Assembly: GCA_000002445.1 (NCBI GenBank)
Contig: CP000069.1
Span: forward strand, 896,001-960,000
Source of the DNA: Trypanosoma brucei
Lineage: Eukaryota
DNA length: 64,000 bases
Direction of reading: 5' to 3'
A program made the position numbers and the translations under genes. The notes beneath the pieces were generated by a model, which had not been told where the DNA came from, did not search any database, and worked only from the letters and a program-made list of their open reading frames with translations. Below are positions 61,190 through 64,000 of the stretch, in pieces (within the stretch, counting starts at the first letter, position 1; the number at the start of each line of letters is the position of its first letter).

Positions 61190-62578
61190 ATGGTACGCAG
61201 CATTCGCTACAGCAGACCCAAGGCGGCGCCCCCTGAGTTGTTGATTGACTTCCTTTGCTGCCGTTTTCCGTACCTTACGCGCAGTGCGTGGGAACAACAC
61301 GCAAGGGACGGGCACCTATCGGTAATAAAGGCCGCTAGAGACAGTTGTGGAGCGGGTGATAACCGTCATGGCGTCGTAGTTCCAATGGATTACGAACTAC
61401 AGCAAAATGACGAAATATGTTTTAATCCCCCACGTCACTTAGAACCCGACATTAACGAACACGTCGTCGTTCTTCACAGTGACGAGGCTCTCCTCGTTTG
61501 TGTCAAAAACGGAAATCTCCCCGTGGCTGAGGGTGGTCGGTATAGTGCCAACACTTTGGTAGGTGTCCTTCAGCGACTGGCAGGAAACTTCACATGGGAG
61601 ACGGCAAATGGTACAGCGGAAATGTGTCTCTCCAAGGCGACAAACAAGGAAACGTGTGGCCTGAAGGTTAATTATTACCCTGTACACCGACTTGACAAGG
61701 AAACGTCAGGGCTTGTTGTGCTTGCCAAGAGCGCAGATGCGGCAAGGATTCTTTCTGGACAGTTTGAAAGGCAATCTCAAGTTTTGAATGCACAATTAAC
61801 AAAATATACTGGGGGTGAATCCCTTACGGTTGTTACCTCTTCACAGTTCGACGAACTTATAACTATGGATAAGTCAGTTTCTAAGTCATATATTGCAGTT
61901 CTTGATGGATCCGTTCCAGAGGGTAATGAATTTATTGTATGTAACCGCGTTGGTTTACTCTGGGAAGAACTGAAAGACTCTATGAAAGATGCGGAGAAAC
62001 ACACCAAACTAAAGAAATTAAAGATGGCGTGTTACCACGCTTCGGTAGGAAAAAATCAACAACTCTACGGGCGACCAGCATGCTCTCGTATTCGTATCCT
62101 TAGTAGCAGTGATACCCTCCGAGTCTCCGTAGCTCGCGTAGACATTCTGACAGGGAGGACTCACCAAATTCGCTTACACTGTGCGCAGATTGGCTTTCCT
62201 GTACTTGGCGATAAGTTGTATGAAACATCGACTCCTGGCAGGGTGGGCGGTTTGCATGCTGTCGCTGACGATATATATCTCTACCGTGCCAGAGAAACTG
62301 TAAGCATGTCGTGGGGAGTGGAAGGGATGAGCGTGAAACGCCACTTGTTGCATGCCGCCATACTTACCTTCACTCATCCAACCACGAGGGAAAGGTTGGA
62401 GTTCTTCGCGGCCCCACATGAGTGGTTCCTTAGCGATGTGGAATGTGATGAGGCAACAAAACTGGAGGAAAATAAATCCGGTACAGAGATTTTGCGGGAC
62501 CTCCTCGATAGGGCTGTACGTGGCTTGGCATCCCATCGTTTCCAAGAAAAGGTTATCACTACCTTCTGTTATCAGTGA
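61190..62578 (+). CDS. RluA-family pseudouridine synthase with a long internal insertion
   Basis: Catalytic motif HRLDKETSGLVVLAKS (active-site Asp) and GRTHQIRLHCAQIGFPVLGDKLY. The track start at 61184 is TTG; the first ATG is at 61190. Confidence 0.75.
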   Translation: MVRSIRYSRPKAAPPELLIDFLCCRFPYLTRSAWEQHARDGHLSVIKAARDSCGAGDNRHGVVVPMDYELQQNDEICFNPPRHLEPDINEHVVVLHSDEALLVCVKNGNLPVAEGGRYSANTLVGVLQRLAGNFTWETANGTAEMCLSKATNKETCGLKVNYYPVHRLDKETSGLVVLAKSADAARILSGQFERQSQVLNAQLTKYTGGESLTVVTSSQFDELITMDKSVSKSYIAVLDGSVPEGNEFIVCNRVGLLWEELKDSMKDAEKHTKLKKLKMACYHASVGKNQQLYGRPACSRIRILSSSDTLRVSVARVDILTGRTHQIRLHCAQIGFPVLGDKLYETSTPGRVGGLHAVADDIYLYRARETVSMSWGVEGMSVKRHLLHAAILTFTHPTTRERLEFFAAPHEWFLSDVECDEATKLEENKSGTEILRDLLDRAVRGLASHRFQEKVITTFCYQ

Positions 62579-63447
62579 AGCGCGTTACATATTTCTTCTT
62601 GGCGTTTTATTCACTGCAGAAATGAAAGTGCCGAAATTCTTCACAATTTTCGAGCAGTATGGAGGCAGCGCATTGATGCACCACCTACAAACTTTACGGT
62701 GAAACGCTTGAATTCCGCGGACTTTGACGGCTTAGAAAAACTCAGTTCAGTGGATGCATTTCACACTCAAAAGTTCACCGCATATTGTTGCAAGACTAGC
62801 GCTTACTGAGGTTCTCGGAAGCGGTTAGTAGTCTTCCAACCACGCTTTTTTTTTTCAAATTATTTATAAACTTTTGTCACGTCATATTGTTGAAGGATCG
62901 GCGATGGAGATAAGTGTTCGTTAGGCTCGGTGGTGTTATTTGCCTTAACCTCTTTGTTGAATCCCCGGTAGCGAGAACTCCATACCCATTTGTTAGTTTG
63001 GTGGAACTCCGTTTGGGGCTCACCGCGCTGGAACATGCTCCTCAACCGGAAAGAAACAAAGATGTGAATCCACTCCACCATCTTTTTCGATAAGAGTGAA
63101 GTGCTCGAGTTTTCTAGAATATTGTTAGAAGCAACATAGTGCTCCTCATTACCTGCTTCCTTTCTTGACTGTTTCATGTATTTGCTTATTAGACATCCGT
63201 GGCCATAAAGCCTTTCGTGCCCTAAACAATAACAGTAGTGCGAAGGTAGGGACAATAACACTAACAACAAGAGAAGAGTAGTGGAAAAGAAAATCGAAGG
63301 GCCGCGGGCCGAAACTCACATCAAAGATACGATTTTTAAAAATTACTTGTGTGTTATATAGAGCGGTGTGTACAAAAGGAAGGAAAACAAAGGGGAAGTG
63401 TAAATCTTGCGGAGGAAAAGCTTAACATTGCCGGTTTACAGTGAAAG

Positions 63448-64000
63448 ATGATGGGAGGAATCTCTATTTGTGTTGCCACGGATTGTGATGGGGAGAAGGT
63501 GAACCTACGCTTTCTTTTCGATGCAGCAGGGCCATCTGTTTCACGCCTTTTGAACTATTCAACGACGGCCTTTAACAACTACTTTCGTCTGAAAGGAATC
63601 TCTCGTGCATTTGCCGTCAATTCCGCCGTTGTTTTCAATGATGTTCACTGTACTTGGGACAGGTTAGAACGCACCACACAGCTTCTGCACAACAGCCAAG
63701 TGTATCTTTTTCAGCCCGACACGCTGGACATTCCTGCTGCCATACCTGAGCCGTATGAAGGTGAGCCGCTTCTATCAGCTGATTGCTATTTGCCACTTCG
63801 TGGTGCCACCATATCTACACCCATTCCCGCCATTAAACGCATTGCCCCACAGCGCTTTGCTTCACCAAAGGGGGGCGAGAAAACGAGGTTTTCATCACCG
63901 TTAATGTTTCGTTGGGCAGGCGCAAATAAAAGCCCTGTGGGGTTTCGGCGCACGAACAGTGTTAGTTTTGACGATTGTGTGAATGACAGATCCCGTCACA
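63448..64000 (+). CDS. hypothetical protein, 5' part only (ORF runs off the window end; at least 184 codons with no stop)
   Basis: ATG at 63448 preceded by an in-frame TGA. Open to position 64000. Co-directional with the array. Confidence 0.4.
   Translation, partial: MMGGISICVATDCDGEKVNLRFLFDAAGPSVSRLLNYSTTAFNNYFRLKGISRAFAVNSAVVFNDVHCTWDRLERTTQLLHNSQVYLFQPDTLDIPAAIPEPYEGEPLLSADCYLPLRGATISTPIPAIKRIAPQRFASPKGGEKTRFSSPLMFRWAGANKSPVGFRRTNSVSFDDCVNDRSRH

Overview
This 64 kb window reads as a single co-directional (all plus-strand) polycistronic gene array typical of a kinetoplastid nuclear genome. The gene content is most consistent with Trypanosoma brucei-like chromosome-internal sequence. Supporting features are intron-less CDS packed head-to-tail, intergenic polypyrimidine tracts followed by AG (trans-splice acceptor regions), purine-rich leaders, and long U-rich/microsatellite-bearing 3' regions. 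No strand switch, tRNA, rRNA, CRISPR or obvious mobile element is seen. I call 24 protein-coding genes, the last truncated by the window end. Recognisable products are a PH+kelch protein, a ClpB-D2-like AAA+ ATPase with a C-terminal membrane anchor, RAB28, an ALDH3-type aldehyde dehydrogenase, an XMAP215/ch-TOG microtubule polymerase, IFT46, a CMGC (CDK-like) kinase, a J-domain protein, the queuine tRNA-ribosyltransferase catalytic subunit, a small ubiquitin-like-fold protein, the ~4500-aa flagellar central-pair protein Hydin with its embedded adenylate-kinase-like module, SF3a60, a small matrin/U1-type C2H2 zinc-finger protein, adenylate kinase 6 (Fap7), an RluA-family pseudouridine synthase, and several orphan proteins. 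The supplied ORF track uses GTG/TTG as start codons, so several N-termini are artefactually extended; I corrected these to the first plausible ATG. The most interesting observations are the tail-anchored AAA+ ATPase, a triplicated N-terminal repeat in IFT46, the purine-rich ~450 nt leader upstream of XMAP215, lineage-specific insertions in TGT next to a tiny UBL gene, and the clustering of cilium/microtubule genes (RAB28, XMAP215, IFT46, Hydin) within about 40 kb. All calls are from reading the sequence; no database search was run.
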